Positions 37,588 to 48,301 of a DNA stretch of 64,000 nt are shown piece by piece. How positions within the stretch are numbered: the stretch's first letter is position 1; every line of letters begins with the position of its first letter. Position numbers and translations under genes: made by a program. The stretch lies in the sequence record NC_054913.1. One strand, 5' to 3'. This DNA comes from Escherichia phage F2. The notes under the pieces were generated by a model that had not been told where the DNA came from, searched no databases, and saw only the letters and a list, made by a program, of their open reading frames with translations.

Positions 37588-38247
37588 TTATTTGGCCCTT
37601 CCTAGTATTCGGACCGCTTGGTTGCATATAGCCGCTAAGCGATCCTCCTCAAGTATATTACTCCCCTTATACCAATACATCGTCACAGTTCCGGCATAGA
37701 TGTTATCCAAATTAAAGTATGGACAACTATACATATAAGAAAGTTCGGCAGTCTTAGATTTTGTAGGCAAAAATGCAAATTCTGATTTAGATGAGAAATG
37801 ACGGCCACTTAAATGAATTATATATTCATTGGCCGTTTTATCCACCGGGAATCCGCCAAGGGACTTTTCAGAAATTGTGCTAGGTAGTTTGCCTTCATAA
37901 GCTATAAGGTCGACAAAATAATTTAAGTTTTTAGGTCTGAAAGAATACACAGCACTAAAATCTGCACCAGATGAGATATGAACTATTTGCAGTTGTTCTA
38001 GAGCCGCAGATTCAAAACGTAAAGCTCGTTCTTTTTGGATTATTTCAGTATAAGTATCATACTTAGCTCTTACGTAATAATCCAGCAAAATACTTCCTTT
38101 GTACCATATTAGTGCCATTAGGAACAAAAGAATAATTACCGCTACTCGGGACATTAAAACCTTTCCAGTAGCGTTATCTTTGAAAATACGATCTAGCAAC
38201 CCAAATAGAATATCACTAAGTGAAAATGATACTTTTGGTGTTGCCAT
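37588..38247 (-). CDS. t: holin T
   Basis: MATPKVSFSLSDILFGLLDRIFKDNATGKVL...YMYSCPYFNLDNIYAG matches T4 holin; single N-terminal TM. Confidence 0.9.
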   Translation of the reverse strand: MATPKVSFSLSDILFGLLDRIFKDNATGKVLMSRVAVIILLFLMALIWYKGSILLDYYVRAKYDTYTEIIQKERALRFESAALEQLQIVHISSGADFSAVYSFRPKNLNYFVDLIAYEGKLPSTISEKSLGGFPVDKTANEYIIHLSGRHFSSKSEFAFLPTKSKTAELSYMYSCPYFNLDNIYAGTVTMYWYKGSNILEEDRLAAICNQAVRILGRAK

Positions 38248-38256
38248 AATACCTCC

Positions 38257-38808
38257 TTACTTAAAGATATTTATAATCGCTTTGATAATAGATTTGTTTT
38301 CAAGGTCAGGGAATTTAGGGAATTCACCGCCAAGATGTTCATGTTTTTCTAAAAGGGCAAAGAATTTTTTGAGCTCTTTAAATTTTCGTTTTTCTTCTCT
38401 ATTAGCAACCTCTGCGTCAATAAGAGAACTTAAAACACTGAATAATTTATAGAGTTCATGAATTTTCTTATCACGTTGAACTACGCGTTTATATGCTTCA
38501 TCTTCCTTCCACCCGTCGTCGGTCCAAATGTCAAATTCACCAGGTTCTTCTGTAGTAACATTTTGAAGAGCACCTGGGGTGTCAATAACAATTTTTTGCT
38601 TATCATAAGTCCATACTGTTTTTCCACGATGGTCTTCAACATATACCCATTCTTGTTCGCGTTCATCAAATACAACAGCATAGCCTTCTTTAGGGTCTAA
38701 AGGTTTTTTAATTGTTGAATGAGCGGGAAGACCAAGACCTTTAACCGGTTTGTAATTTTCTTCTTTGTAAAATTCTTTAGTGTCAAAATAATAATGATAT
38801 ATTTTCAT
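38257..38808 (-). CDS. 38: gp38 long tail fibre assembly chaperone (T4 type)
   Basis: MKIYHYYFDTKEFYKEENYKPVKGLGLPAHSTIKKPLDPKEGYAVVFDE... matches T4 gp38. Confidence 0.85.
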   Translation of the reverse strand: MKIYHYYFDTKEFYKEENYKPVKGLGLPAHSTIKKPLDPKEGYAVVFDEREQEWVYVEDHRGKTVWTYDKQKIVIDTPGALQNVTTEEPGEFDIWTDDGWKEDEAYKRVVQRDKKIHELYKLFSVLSSLIDAEVANREEKRKFKELKKFFALLEKHEHLGGEFPKFPDLENKSIIKAIINIFK

Positions 38809-38815
38809 ATTTAGA

Positions 38816-38831
38816 AGGGGCCGAAGCCCCT
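38816..38831 (-). promoter_or_regulatory. mRNA hairpin between Shine-Dalgarno and AUG of gene 38
   Basis: On - strand: ...taaGGAGaggggcttcggccccttctaaatATG; the only SD-like GGAG is 22 nt from the ATG with a 6-bp GC stem/UUCG loop in between. Confidence 0.45.
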
Positions 38832-38835
38832 CTCC

Positions 38836-41800
38836 TTATGCTAAACGAACGATATAGTTAAAAGCAATGTTTTTAACCGTGTTTTCTGTATTACCTGTAC
38901 TATTTACAGTTATTGTATGTCCATGTGAACCAATTGCTACTGAATGGGTGTGAGCACCAATACCAACTGTATGGGTATGAGCACCAATACCAACAGTATG
39001 TGCGTGAGCGCCTGCGCTTGCAGCAGTACCAGATATAGAGTGCGAATGTGCCCCAGAAGAAGAAGAAGTTCCAAGCGTATTACCACCACCGGCGGATCCT
39101 CTTATAGAACCAGTACCAGGAGAGTTGTTACTTCCCGCATAAAGAGCGCTTGTGTGGCTGTGCGCACCGGCGGTGTTTGTGGAACCGCTCAAACTATGCG
39201 TATGAGCACCAGTATTATTACTGGTCTTAGTACCATAGTCGAAACTACTTGTCGTCTTAGTACCATAGTCAAAGCTTGATGTGGTTTTAGTACCTAAATC
39301 TGTGCTTGATGCACTTGCACTATGACTATGAGCCTTAACACCATCTGCCTCAGCGCTCAAAACAGCACGACCACTTGGTTTACCCTTGATAGTTTGTCCA
39401 CGCATATCAGGAATAGTACCTGTAGGATATGCGATAGCGAGCTTAGGATATGCAGACTTATCAAAAGTCTGACCTTCCATTAAAGCAAATCCAGCAGGAA
39501 CTGAATCACTTGGCCACGGAATCGGAGCACCGACTGGATAAGGTATTTGAGCATCAGAATACATCATATACACTTGACCAACAAGGTGACCAGCGGGTAA
39601 TTCTGCGACTGGGGTTTGGGGGCCTTCGTTAATTCCAACAACTGTCACGGCAGAGTTAGACGAACATTCATATTCAACTATTAACGAGTTTGAGAACGTT
39701 CCAACATATACATAAACATCGTAGGTGTCACCTGAAGTATTCATTGTAGCAATATTGGCGAAACCATTGCTGGTTCTAGCCCACATAGTGGCGTTAATAC
39801 CTTTAGGATTATTGTTGCCAGTACGAAGAACTATTTCGGTAATAGTGGCTTGTTCCGGTGAATTAGCATTAAATCCATTACCGCCAATTATTTTAAAGCT
39901 TGCTGTTCCTACAGCTTGTGGAATAGTTACTGTTGCAAATTTATACCATCCGGCGGTTGCTCCACCCTGCCAGCCGCCAGTATTAACTTTACGGTCTAAA
40001 GTAGTGTTTAAGTTAGCAAAGTTACCAGAGCCACCGGTGATATTACCGTCAGTTCCTAAAGTTGCGGCACCTGCAATAATTTTACCAGGTACGCGGAAGT
40101 CACCGGTACGACGGAATTCCCAACTTAAATCAGTTCCGGTAGTACTATTGCCCTGGTGATAATGGACGCGGAAGTCTCCTTGAGAAATTAAGGTGCCAAT
40201 AGAATAAGTGCTATCACCATTTACATACCGTTGTTTAACAATAGGAATGTATTCAGAAGTAGCAGTACGCTCTATATTCATATAAATTGGAGCCCTGACA
40301 TCTGCGTAATTCTGAGATGCAAACGAACCAGCTCCTGCTGGGCGTACCGTATCAGTACATTCGGCCTCAATATATGCAGCCTGACCTAATTGCATACGGT
40401 AATTAGGAGAAATGCGGCTATGACTAGTAACAACAACAATTTTGCTGTCATTGTCCACGGTAATCATATTGCCACCTCTGCCATCATCGCCTAACGTGAC
40501 AGAATGGCGCATTTGAACCATACCATTATTAAGGCCGATACTTAATGGGCGAAGATTACTTATTCCACCGAACCGCCCGGCATCTTTAGGAGTCGGAATA
40601 ATATGCAATGCGGCTTCTGAACGACGGAAAATAGCACCGTATTCAGCATTCCAAATTCTTAATGCATCAGCTGTTCCACCGAATTTAGCTTGACCGTTTA
40701 CAGATAATCCGCTATTAGCAACTAAACTTGATTCAGTAGCAATAGAGCCGGAAGCAGTAATACCACCGGAAGCTAATAATGCTCCAGCAATTCTAAATTG
40801 AATTGGTCCTACAGTTGAACCTGCTGCAGGAGCCGTACGTTGTGCATAAAAATAATAACCTTGGCCGTCAGCAACTTCAAACACAGTTTCACGAGATTTA
40901 TCACCAGACGTATTATTAGCAGTGCCCCATGCTTTAACAGTTACATAACTCTTATTCTGACCTGAACGAGTACCACCTTCCCACACGATTTGCTTAGTGC
41001 CGTCAATACCTGAAGCTGCTTTAAAAACTAGAGAAGCGTTGGTTCCATCACCATTAAAATATAATCCATTATTAAGCTTTAATGTTTGAACAGAAGCAAT
41101 AGTGCCATCGGCACGTAAATTTAATGAATTTGAACCAGTTTTAATATCTAAAATACCAGGCTCAATAAGAAGACCATCGCCCATACTAACAGACATGCGT
41201 CCTTGGCCACGGAAATAGTGATACATTTTAGCGTTAGAACTATAACCGATATGAGTCTGACCATCACCGTTATTATTACCATCAACATCAGTACGCGCAG
41301 TAAACATTGCCTGATTGCTATTAGGAAAATCCCATGTAGTACCAGAATCACGGCTATAACCGACCATCAATTTTTTAGTACTGTTAATACCATTGCTGTT
41401 TATTGTACCCGCAGAAATACCATTCGCAACTAAATCGATAACCCCGTCACGAACCCATTTAATACCAGTATCATTGTCACCAATTGCAATACCTTTACCA
41501 AACGAAACCAATGGATAACGTCCTTGGTCACCAACATCAGCAAGACCTATACCTATCGAATTAGCAACAGACATACGCCCATCTGTGGTATAAGACCATT
41601 GATAAACTTCAGCATTACGTCCCGTCCAATACGAAATATTCTGTGGTTTACCTGAACGAGCATCAGCAACTTCATGGAAAATAGCAGAAGAAACATGTCC
41701 GCGGAATTTACGAAGGTAGTTTATACCATTAGTATCCAAATCCGTTTCGGTTGGAGTATACTGCCAAGTAGGTAATGAAACTAAATCATATGCAGTATCA

Positions 41801-42450
41801 ATATTAGTGTCCCAAGATTTAGTGCTCACATTGATATTTTTGGTAATAACTTTAGGACCAATTAAAGAACCAGCTTTAGTTTCAATATTACTTTGAGTAA
41901 CTAAATATCCATTAGATACTAATAAACTTCCGGAATCAACTTGAAAATTACCGTTTCGATTAAAAGTCCAGTATTTTGAAGTCCCGGTTTCATCAATATA
42001 ATGGAATTTAAAACTACCTTCGTTTACTAATGTACCAGCAGAAAAAGTTCCATCTTTATAGCGTTGTTTAATCAGCGGATGGTATTCTGAAACAGAAGTA
42101 GTTGAACTTAAATCTGTAAAGATAGGGGCTTTATTCAAATGTTGGTTGGCCCAAGCACCATTTCCAGCGGTTTTAGGTAAAAATTCAATATACTTACCGG
42201 CGTAAACGAACATATTACCATTGAGGTTAAATGTGCCGTTTTGTAAATAATCACCATTTTGAGTTACATTACCGTTAATATCCCCGCCCTTAGCAAAGCC
42301 TAGGCTAATAATATTACCGAGGTCATCTTTAGTAAAAAGAGTTCGATCTTTTAAGTTTATCGCTAATTCGCCTTCGGCTAATTGTGCTGCAGTAGGATTA
42401 ACTCCTGCCACTTTGCTTCTTTTAAATTGTATCTGTTTTAATGTAGCCAT
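38836..42450 (-). CDS. 37: gp37 long tail fibre distal subunit (receptor-binding)
   Basis: 1204 aa; C-terminal His-rich [27 protein letters not shown]...[11 protein letters not shown] as in T4 gp37; order 34-35-36-37-38-t. Confidence 0.9.
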   Translation of the reverse strand: MATLKQIQFKRSKVAGVNPTAAQLAEGELAINLKDRTLFTKDDLGNIISLGFAKGGDINGNVTQNGDYLQNGTFNLNGNMFVYAGKYIEFLPKTAGNGAWANQHLNKAPIFTDLSSTTSVSEYHPLIKQRYKDGTFSAGTLVNEGSFKFHYIDETGTSKYWTFNRNGNFQVDSGSLLVSNGYLVTQSNIETKAGSLIGPKVITKNINVSTKSWDTNIDTAYDLVSLPTWQYTPTETDLDTNGINYLRKFRGHVSSAIFHEVADARSGKPQNISYWTGRNAEVYQWSYTTDGRMSVANSIGIGLADVGDQGRYPLVSFGKGIAIGDNDTGIKWVRDGVIDLVANGISAGTINSNGINSTKKLMVGYSRDSGTTWDFPNSNQAMFTARTDVDGNNNGDGQTHIGYSSNAKMYHYFRGQGRMSVSMGDGLLIEPGILDIKTGSNSLNLRADGTIASVQTLKLNNGLYFNGDGTNASLVFKAASGIDGTKQIVWEGGTRSGQNKSYVTVKAWGTANNTSGDKSRETVFEVADGQGYYFYAQRTAPAAGSTVGPIQFRIAGALLASGGITASGSIATESSLVANSGLSVNGQAKFGGTADALRIWNAEYGAIFRRSEAALHIIPTPKDAGRFGGISNLRPLSIGLNNGMVQMRHSVTLGDDGRGGNMITVDNDSKIVVVTSHSRISPNYRMQLGQAAYIEAECTDTVRPAGAGSFASQNYADVRAPIYMNIERTATSEYIPIVKQRYVNGDSTYSIGTLISQGDFRVHYHQGNSTTGTDLSWEFRRTGDFRVPGKIIAGAATLGTDGNITGGSGNFANLNTTLDRKVNTGGWQGGATAGWYKFATVTIPQAVGTASFKIIGGNGFNANSPEQATITEIVLRTGNNNPKGINATMWARTSNGFANIATMNTSGDTYDVYVYVGTFSNSLIVEYECSSNSAVTVVGINEGPQTPVAELPAGHLVGQVYMMYSDAQIPYPVGAPIPWPSDSVPAGFALMEGQTFDKSAYPKLAIAYPTGTIPDMRGQTIKGKPSGRAVLSAEADGVKAHSHSASASSTDLGTKTTSSFDYGTKTTSSFDYGTKTSNNTGAHTHSLSGSTNTAGAHSHTSALYAGSNNSPGTGSIRGSAGGGNTLGTSSSSGAHSHSISGTAASAGAHAHTVGIGAHTHTVGIGAHTHSVAIGSHGHTITVNSTGNTENTVKNIAFNYIVRLA
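39226..39300 (-). repeat. imperfect 30-nt tandem repeat (2.5 copies) inside gene 37
   Basis: cttagtaccatagtcgaaactacttgtcgt / cttagtaccatagtcaaagcttgatgtggt / tttagtacctaaatc; encodes repeated ...[10 protein letters not shown]... peptide. Confidence 0.6.
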
Positions 42451-42458
42451 AAGTCCTC

Positions 42459-43124
42459 TTAATAATAGCCGAAATCTTGAACAGAATCTTTAATTACAAT
42501 CTGGTCGAAACGAGGAACATGATTAGCCTCGGATGCCGGATTCTGTGAGAAAAAGTTTGGTGCTGTTAAAGTACCGGTCATGGTATCGCCAGAACGCAAT
42601 ACACGGGAATTTGCGTTATCCGTAACAATATTTATTCGTCCATCAACATAATCTTTTCTTGTGAGATCATTTGCTGCAACTGGAGCGGTAACGTTAGAAC
42701 GGACGGGTCCATTTGCATAAATACCACCCTTATTGCTGATATCACCAGTACGAGTGTCAACAACAACAGTTCTACCTGCAGATCCTTGCGATGATTTAAA
42801 ACCAATGCCATACCATGAAACAATATCAATATTTGTTCTATCAAAAGTAGCAGCATCACCATTGCCAGGATAAATACCGCTTTGGTTTGTATTGTTTACA
42901 GCATATGGTACTTGAACACCAGCATTAAATGTTACCTTTGACGCAAAAGTACCACCATTAGCTTTAGAAACAAAATCGTTATCAGCTGCCTGTGGTTTAT
43001 TATATTCTGAATAGAGTTTAAACGTTTTATACAGGACGTCATCACCTGCTGGCATTAAAGGGAAATTACCTTGATGCCATATAACGGCACCGCCAGTTGT
43101 ACTACCAGCTTTTAAATCGGCCAT
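42459..43124 (-). CDS. 36: gp36 long tail fibre hinge subunit
   Basis: 221 aa, same size as T4 gp36, syntenic. Confidence 0.85.
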   Translation of the reverse strand: MADLKAGSTTGGAVIWHQGNFPLMPAGDDVLYKTFKLYSEYNKPQAADNDFVSKANGGTFASKVTFNAGVQVPYAVNNTNQSGIYPGNGDAATFDRTNIDIVSWYGIGFKSSQGSAGRTVVVDTRTGDISNKGGIYANGPVRSNVTAPVAANDLTRKDYVDGRINIVTDNANSRVLRSGDTMTGTLTAPNFFSQNPASEANHVPRFDQIVIKDSVQDFGYY

Positions 43125-43149
43125 AGTTGTCTCCTTATATGTATACCAT

Positions 43150-43157
43150 ATTTATAC
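43150..43157 (-). promoter_or_regulatory. late promoter TATAAATA for genes 36-37-38-t
   Basis: Reverse complement of tatttata; followed by SD AAGGAGA and gene 36 ATG. Confidence 0.5.
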
Positions 43158-43182
43158 AAAAATGGGAGCCCGAAGGCTCCCT
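43158..43182 (-). terminator. terminator hairpin after gene 35 (- strand)
   Basis: - strand gggagccttcgggctccc followed by atttttg. Confidence 0.55.
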
Positions 43183-43186
43183 AAAT

Positions 43187-44314
43187 TTATTCTGACGCTT
43201 CTTTAAATTCTTGTCCAAATACCTTACCAGTATCAGTTGAAGATTGAGTAGGTAATGTCATTATGTCTGGGGCACTTAAAGATTCTGAAACATAATTTAC
43301 ACGAATACCGTTTATACCAAACTCGGCAGGTTTTGAAACGCTTCCATTACATGATACTTCAGTGAATATAACGTTTCTTAATCCACCTTGCCCGACTGGA
43401 GCTGTACGATAACAATAAATCGTGAACCCGTCAGCACCGGCAGGAATTTCTATGTAGTCTTCATATATCTTCCATTCACCTGCACCCCCATCAAAGTTTA
43501 TATCCTTAAATGAAATAGGTGAAGTAGAAGGAGATTTAAAGAACCGAATAGAAAGTCGTGTCGTCCCTTGTGCTAACAAATCAGCATCGGCCATTAGTTG
43601 GAATTTCATATAAAGGAAATCTCCAGCCTTCAATTTATACCCAGCGAGAGGTGTAATAAGGGACGTTGTAGGCATCCTTTTAATTTCATTATTAGTACCT
43701 CCAACAGCGGATAAAAATGTGTCTGTCGATTCGTACGTACGACTAGGGAAGCCGGTAGCACCAATATCATTAATCGTGTCGTACACAACATCAAGTGGTG
43801 TACTATAGTCGGTTGAAGTTTTCTTATTACTATACTTAATATGCTCTAGTGCTATAGCATTCTTACCAGAAATATAAAATGCCGAATAAGAAATGTCCAC
43901 TATATTTAAAACTTGTTGAGCTAATGGAATAGCAGAACTCCCAACTTTAGTAAACCAGGCAAGAACTTCTGGCGGAAAGTTTGTTTTAGCGTTAGTAACA
44001 AGAGCAAATATAAAATTAGAAGCGTATGTGTCCATGAAAGTAACAAATGCACTTGACGTGGCGTCGTTTTCAGTAGAGAAATTATATGACTTAGATTCAA
44101 CTACTGCACCTGTTGTAGGATTTATTACACGAACGTTTAATCCAACGGAAAAAACCTGGGACCCAAGTGGATTATCTTGGAACTTAATATAAGCAGGAGA
44201 TGTTGATAGCGGGCAAGAGCCCGCTATGCTTAATTTAAATCGTACTGAATTGCTTTCCGATAAAAATGGCGTTTGGACGTATCCTTGTCCAAACTTAGCC
44301 ATAAATTTTTCCAT
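43187..44314 (-). CDS. 35: gp35 long tail fibre hinge/connector
   Basis: 375 aa (T4 gp35 about 372), syntenic. Confidence 0.85.
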   Translation of the reverse strand: MEKFMAKFGQGYVQTPFLSESNSVRFKLSIAGSCPLSTSPAYIKFQDNPLGSQVFSVGLNVRVINPTTGAVVESKSYNFSTENDATSSAFVTFMDTYASNFIFALVTNAKTNFPPEVLAWFTKVGSSAIPLAQQVLNIVDISYSAFYISGKNAIALEHIKYSNKKTSTDYSTPLDVVYDTINDIGATGFPSRTYESTDTFLSAVGGTNNEIKRMPTTSLITPLAGYKLKAGDFLYMKFQLMADADLLAQGTTRLSIRFFKSPSTSPISFKDINFDGGAGEWKIYEDYIEIPAGADGFTIYCYRTAPVGQGGLRNVIFTEVSCNGSVSKPAEFGINGIRVNYVSESLSAPDIMTLPTQSSTDTGKVFGQEFKEASE

Positions 44315-44322
44315 AATACCTC

Positions 44323-47300
44323 TTATTCAATCCACTCGAATTTAACAGATTTATTCACAGGGTCTGGAATAATGCGAACATTACCAATCCTTAAGAAATC
44401 CCTTATTGTCAAGTTTCCGATTGTTGCATTATCAGAAGGTAAAGCGCCAATATCAGAAGGTTGAGGAGGGTTTCCACCATCAAATACCTGAACAAAACTC
44501 GACCAAGAATTTTTAGTTTTCTGCCATGTACGTGTCCAACGGGTTGTACGTGCTTCTGGAGTTGTTGGATAAGTAATCCAATCTTGGTAAAGCGAATCAA
44601 GTGTGTTACCAAACTGAGTCAGTGTACCAGGAGATTTAACTTCTTCGCCACGTTCTAAGTATGGAAGTCCAGTCACTTCATTAGTTTTTTCAACCATTTT
44701 AAAATAACCCGGGAACTGGTTATAAGTGGCTGAATCGTTAATATCGATTGACCAGAATCCGACTGTATCAGCAGTAGGAGCACGAGTGTATAAATCAGCA
44801 GTTTTAGAACCATGAGAACGAATTCTCGAGTTAACAGTTAAACCACCTGAATTTATAGTAGCACCTTTGGCAATGATTAAGCCTTCACCAATCGTTACTT
44901 GGCCGGATGCATTATTAATAGCTAAAGGACGTAATCCATTAAATCCGCCAGTCTGATCACCTGATGCAGTAAGCATAAAATAGGTATTAACAGCATCATT
45001 ACGAATAAAGAATCCGTAATCACCACTAATTGCTCTGAAAGCATTTGCAGACTTACTAATGAATTCGCCATTAGCAGTAACTGAACGACCGAATGTTGCA
45101 ACGCCATTCACATTCATCAAACCGGAAGCATTAATGTTTATTGGCATTACAGTACCATTAATGCTAAACGCTATATTCCCATCTTTATTACGTTGAGAAT
45201 AAAAATGATTAGACGTTTCATCACCAACTTCAAATACAGTAGAACGTGTTGTATCTGATCCGCCACCAAACTGATTTCCCCAAACTCTGATAGACATCGT
45301 CTGTGCTGGGTTGGTTCCAGTTTGAGGTCCTTTCTCAAAAATAAGACGAGTTGCCGTTCCAGTATTAGAAATAGTTAATGTACTATTTGCCGAAACTGAA
45401 CCACCAAACGTAGCAGTACTAGATGATACAAGAGGGGCACTCAGATTCGTTTGTTGGGTTAAGGTTAGTGAACCATTAACCGTCTGTGCAATGTCCCTAC
45501 GAATGAACTGAGATGAATCTAGACCATCTAATAAATTTGCGTCAGCAGCTTTTGCTTTTAATGGCAAGTAATTTGCTAATACACGGTTTAATTCATACGG
45601 TGATACTGCATAGCTATTTTTCTCGTATAGCTCTAAGTTTTGTGTAGAACCGACTGTATCATTACCAACGAATGTAATAGAACCGGATGAAGTTTTAACG
45701 AATCCGCGAATTGCTGTAGTAGCAGCCCATGTTGGTTCGTTCTGGACAATCCATTTTAAATTCTTAGGAGATACAGCAGTATTCGCTGACGTTCCTGTTA
45801 CAGTTTCAGCCTGAGTAGCAACCTTAATTACGCCTTCAGACGTTTCAGTGGACTTAGTCCCTAAAAGCTTTTTAGGAGTAATAAGAACATCATCTAAAGT
45901 TCCTGCATTAGATTCTGCCTGGGTCGCTACGCGAAGTGTACCACGTTGTGTTTCATTTGCTTTAGAAATATCAAGAGTATAATGGTTCCACAAGGTTCCT
46001 TCTTCAATAAGTCCGGAATCAGAATTAACACTGGTACGGTCAGAAGAATCAAAATGAGTTTTAATTTTCAGTGGAGTCGAGATACGAGTATCATCAGTTC
46101 CAGTATCAAATTCAACTTGCGTAGCAATTTCGGCTATGCCGGATAATCCTTCCGTAGCTTTCCTATCATTTAACGTCTTAGGCGTTACTGCACGTGTATA
46201 ATCAGTCCCAGCATTAGTTTCTGCTTGCGTAGCAATTTCAATTAAACCAATACGTCCATCAGTAGAAGTTTTCTTATGTAGTGTTTCAGGAGTTACTACA
46301 GCGTGAGAGTATCCAGACTGAGATTGACCAGCAATTACTTCACTATCAATAGCTAAAATTACTGCACCTTGTTGAGTATATGTTGCTTTATATTGGTCAA
46401 GGGCTTTAGGAGAAATAGTTAAATTATTTACAGTTTTATTATAAACGTTAGTGCCTGCGGCACCACGAGTTTCAGCAGGAGTAGCAGAAGTAGTCGATAC
46501 ATATTTAACTATACCCGATAGTGTTTCGGAACCCTGACGTGCCTGTAATTTCTTAGGCGTAATAATCGTTGTGTCATCAAGACCAGCATCGGTTTCAGCC
46601 TGAGTAGCAATTTCAGCAAGACCTCGACGAGTTTCAGTTGCTGTACGCTCATTTAGTTTTTTAGGCGTAACAATAGTATCGTCCACAAATGATGCTGTGG
46701 AATTCTGGTTAACTTGTGCTGTTGTAGCAATTTTAGCGATACCACGTCGAGCTTCAGTTGCTGTACGATTTGCCAACGTTTCAGGAGTAATAGCAACTTC
46801 TTTAGCTGGAGTATTCTCTAAATCAACATTTGCTTGCGCTTGAGTAGCAAGAGCAATAACACCTAAACGAGCTCGTGTAGCATCAGTTCCAGCATCAACA
46901 CGTTCTATCGTAGGGACATTCTGTTGCACAACCCAATAACGTGTACCAGCAACGGTGTCTTCGATATACGATAATTCTAATACAGGAACATATGAAGTAG
47001 TGCCATTGAATTCTAGTTCAGTAACAGAGACCCATTGAGCATCAGGTGGATATTCAGAACGTTTAGGGAACTGAAGCAACGCAACAGAAGAAGCAATTGT
47101 ATCACCTTCGGCAGCTTTAATTTTTACTGTTTGGCCTTTACGCATGTAGTTCATTGAAATTTTAACAGTGTCACCACTCAAAATTCCGGTAGGCAGCGTA
47201 AGATTAATAGTTCCGGTTGCAGCGTTATTTGTGCCAAAAATAAGAACTTCTTCATTTGGACGAATATTTGAATCCGCACGGATAATACGAAGACGCGATT

Positions 47301-48198
47301 TCTGGTCGCCTTCCCATATACGCCATAAACTATTCGCAGCATCAAAAACAAAAAACGCGTCAGAGTCATTTCTGCCTTCGGCAATATGAGTCCCGACTTC
47401 ACCAATAGACGTTGTATCATCAAATGTTTTAACAATTGTATGATACAACGGGTTTAATTTATCTAAATCGACTAGGCTGATTATATCACCATTGTTAGCA
47501 TTACGTGGAAGTGTAATGTTGATTGGTGCTGCACTAGTAAAACGACGAACGATAAAATCATTTGCTTGTGCTTGATATGGTGCCGCAGGTGTAACAGTGA
47601 TTGATTCTTTACCGTAATCAATGATATACATCTGCCACAAACGATTACTAAACACAAACACTAGTTGTGAACGTGGTCGCGTCATTAAAACTGAACGAAC
47701 TTGTTCACCTCTAAAGTTTAAAATACTCTGCACAGACGCGTTAATCTGTACTTTAACTGTCCCGGTTCTTCCACCAATATCAGCCAAAACAACAGTATCA
47801 CCATCAACCGGCGCATTTGGCAACGTGAAAACCATATCATTGCCGGCGCCAGTGTTAACCGAAATCGATTCGCCTGAAGAAAGTTGATAAGTCCCAGAAG
47901 CGACAGTTATCCATTGTGCATCGGTACGAACTGCACGCCATTGTAAAAGGTTAAATGCCCCGGAAGGAGACACGATATCATTTATTGCTTGATATAAACG
48001 GTTGTCATAAAGAACAACAAATCCTTTGTTATATCCACGCGTAGAATCATATACTTGAACGGTGTTTTCTTGTACCAGGAAGTCAACGTTTACGCCATCA
48101 GTACCTACTGTACGGTCGGCTAATGCTACGTTAACAATCTTGTCGCCACCGGCGTCCAGACCGTCTTCGGCTCTGAACTTACGTTTGATGTCGGCCAT
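44323..48198 (-). CDS. 34: gp34 long tail fibre proximal subunit
   Basis: 1291 aa (T4 gp34 about 1289); N-terminus MADIKRKFRAEDGLDAGGDKIVNVALADR. Confidence 0.9.
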   Translation of the reverse strand: MADIKRKFRAEDGLDAGGDKIVNVALADRTVGTDGVNVDFLVQENTVQVYDSTRGYNKGFVVLYDNRLYQAINDIVSPSGAFNLLQWRAVRTDAQWITVASGTYQLSSGESISVNTGAGNDMVFTLPNAPVDGDTVVLADIGGRTGTVKVQINASVQSILNFRGEQVRSVLMTRPRSQLVFVFSNRLWQMYIIDYGKESITVTPAAPYQAQANDFIVRRFTSAAPINITLPRNANNGDIISLVDLDKLNPLYHTIVKTFDDTTSIGEVGTHIAEGRNDSDAFFVFDAANSLWRIWEGDQKSRLRIIRADSNIRPNEEVLIFGTNNAATGTINLTLPTGILSGDTVKISMNYMRKGQTVKIKAAEGDTIASSVALLQFPKRSEYPPDAQWVSVTELEFNGTTSYVPVLELSYIEDTVAGTRYWVVQQNVPTIERVDAGTDATRARLGVIALATQAQANVDLENTPAKEVAITPETLANRTATEARRGIAKIATTAQVNQNSTASFVDDTIVTPKKLNERTATETRRGLAEIATQAETDAGLDDTTIITPKKLQARQGSETLSGIVKYVSTTSATPAETRGAAGTNVYNKTVNNLTISPKALDQYKATYTQQGAVILAIDSEVIAGQSQSGYSHAVVTPETLHKKTSTDGRIGLIEIATQAETNAGTDYTRAVTPKTLNDRKATEGLSGIAEIATQVEFDTGTDDTRISTPLKIKTHFDSSDRTSVNSDSGLIEEGTLWNHYTLDISKANETQRGTLRVATQAESNAGTLDDVLITPKKLLGTKSTETSEGVIKVATQAETVTGTSANTAVSPKNLKWIVQNEPTWAATTAIRGFVKTSSGSITFVGNDTVGSTQNLELYEKNSYAVSPYELNRVLANYLPLKAKAADANLLDGLDSSQFIRRDIAQTVNGSLTLTQQTNLSAPLVSSSTATFGGSVSANSTLTISNTGTATRLIFEKGPQTGTNPAQTMSIRVWGNQFGGGSDTTRSTVFEVGDETSNHFYSQRNKDGNIAFSINGTVMPININASGLMNVNGVATFGRSVTANGEFISKSANAFRAISGDYGFFIRNDAVNTYFMLTASGDQTGGFNGLRPLAINNASGQVTIGEGLIIAKGATINSGGLTVNSRIRSHGSKTADLYTRAPTADTVGFWSIDINDSATYNQFPGYFKMVEKTNEVTGLPYLERGEEVKSPGTLTQFGNTLDSLYQDWITYPTTPEARTTRWTRTWQKTKNSWSSFVQVFDGGNPPQPSDIGALPSDNATIGNLTIRDFLRIGNVRIIPDPVNKSVKFEWIE

Positions 48199-48228
48199 TC
48201 GTTTTTCCTTTATTGTTTCAATAATACT

Positions 48229-48236
48229 TATTTATA
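48229..48236 (-). promoter_or_regulatory. late promoter TATAAATA for gene 34
   Basis: Reverse complement of tatttata about 30 nt upstream of gene 34 start. Confidence 0.5.
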
Positions 48237-48239
48237 CCA

Positions 48240-48270
48240 GTTTACGCTTTCAAATGAGTATGTTACTATA
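48240..48270 (+). promoter_or_regulatory. T4-type early promoter module upstream of rnh
   Basis: gtttac ... tactatagtcaa. Confidence 0.45.
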
Positions 48271-48301
48271 GTCAAGTTGACTAACTGAACAAGAGGTTCA
48301 T

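Noticed and set aside
39226-39300. Possible CRISPR-like repeat array
   Set aside because: Only 2.5 imperfect coding repeats with no spacers, inside gene 37; a coding tandem repeat, not a CRISPR array.
39725-40159. 144-aa + strand ORF inside gene 37
   Set aside because: Antisense to the tail fibre gene; Pro/Leu-rich low-complexity translation typical of reverse frames.
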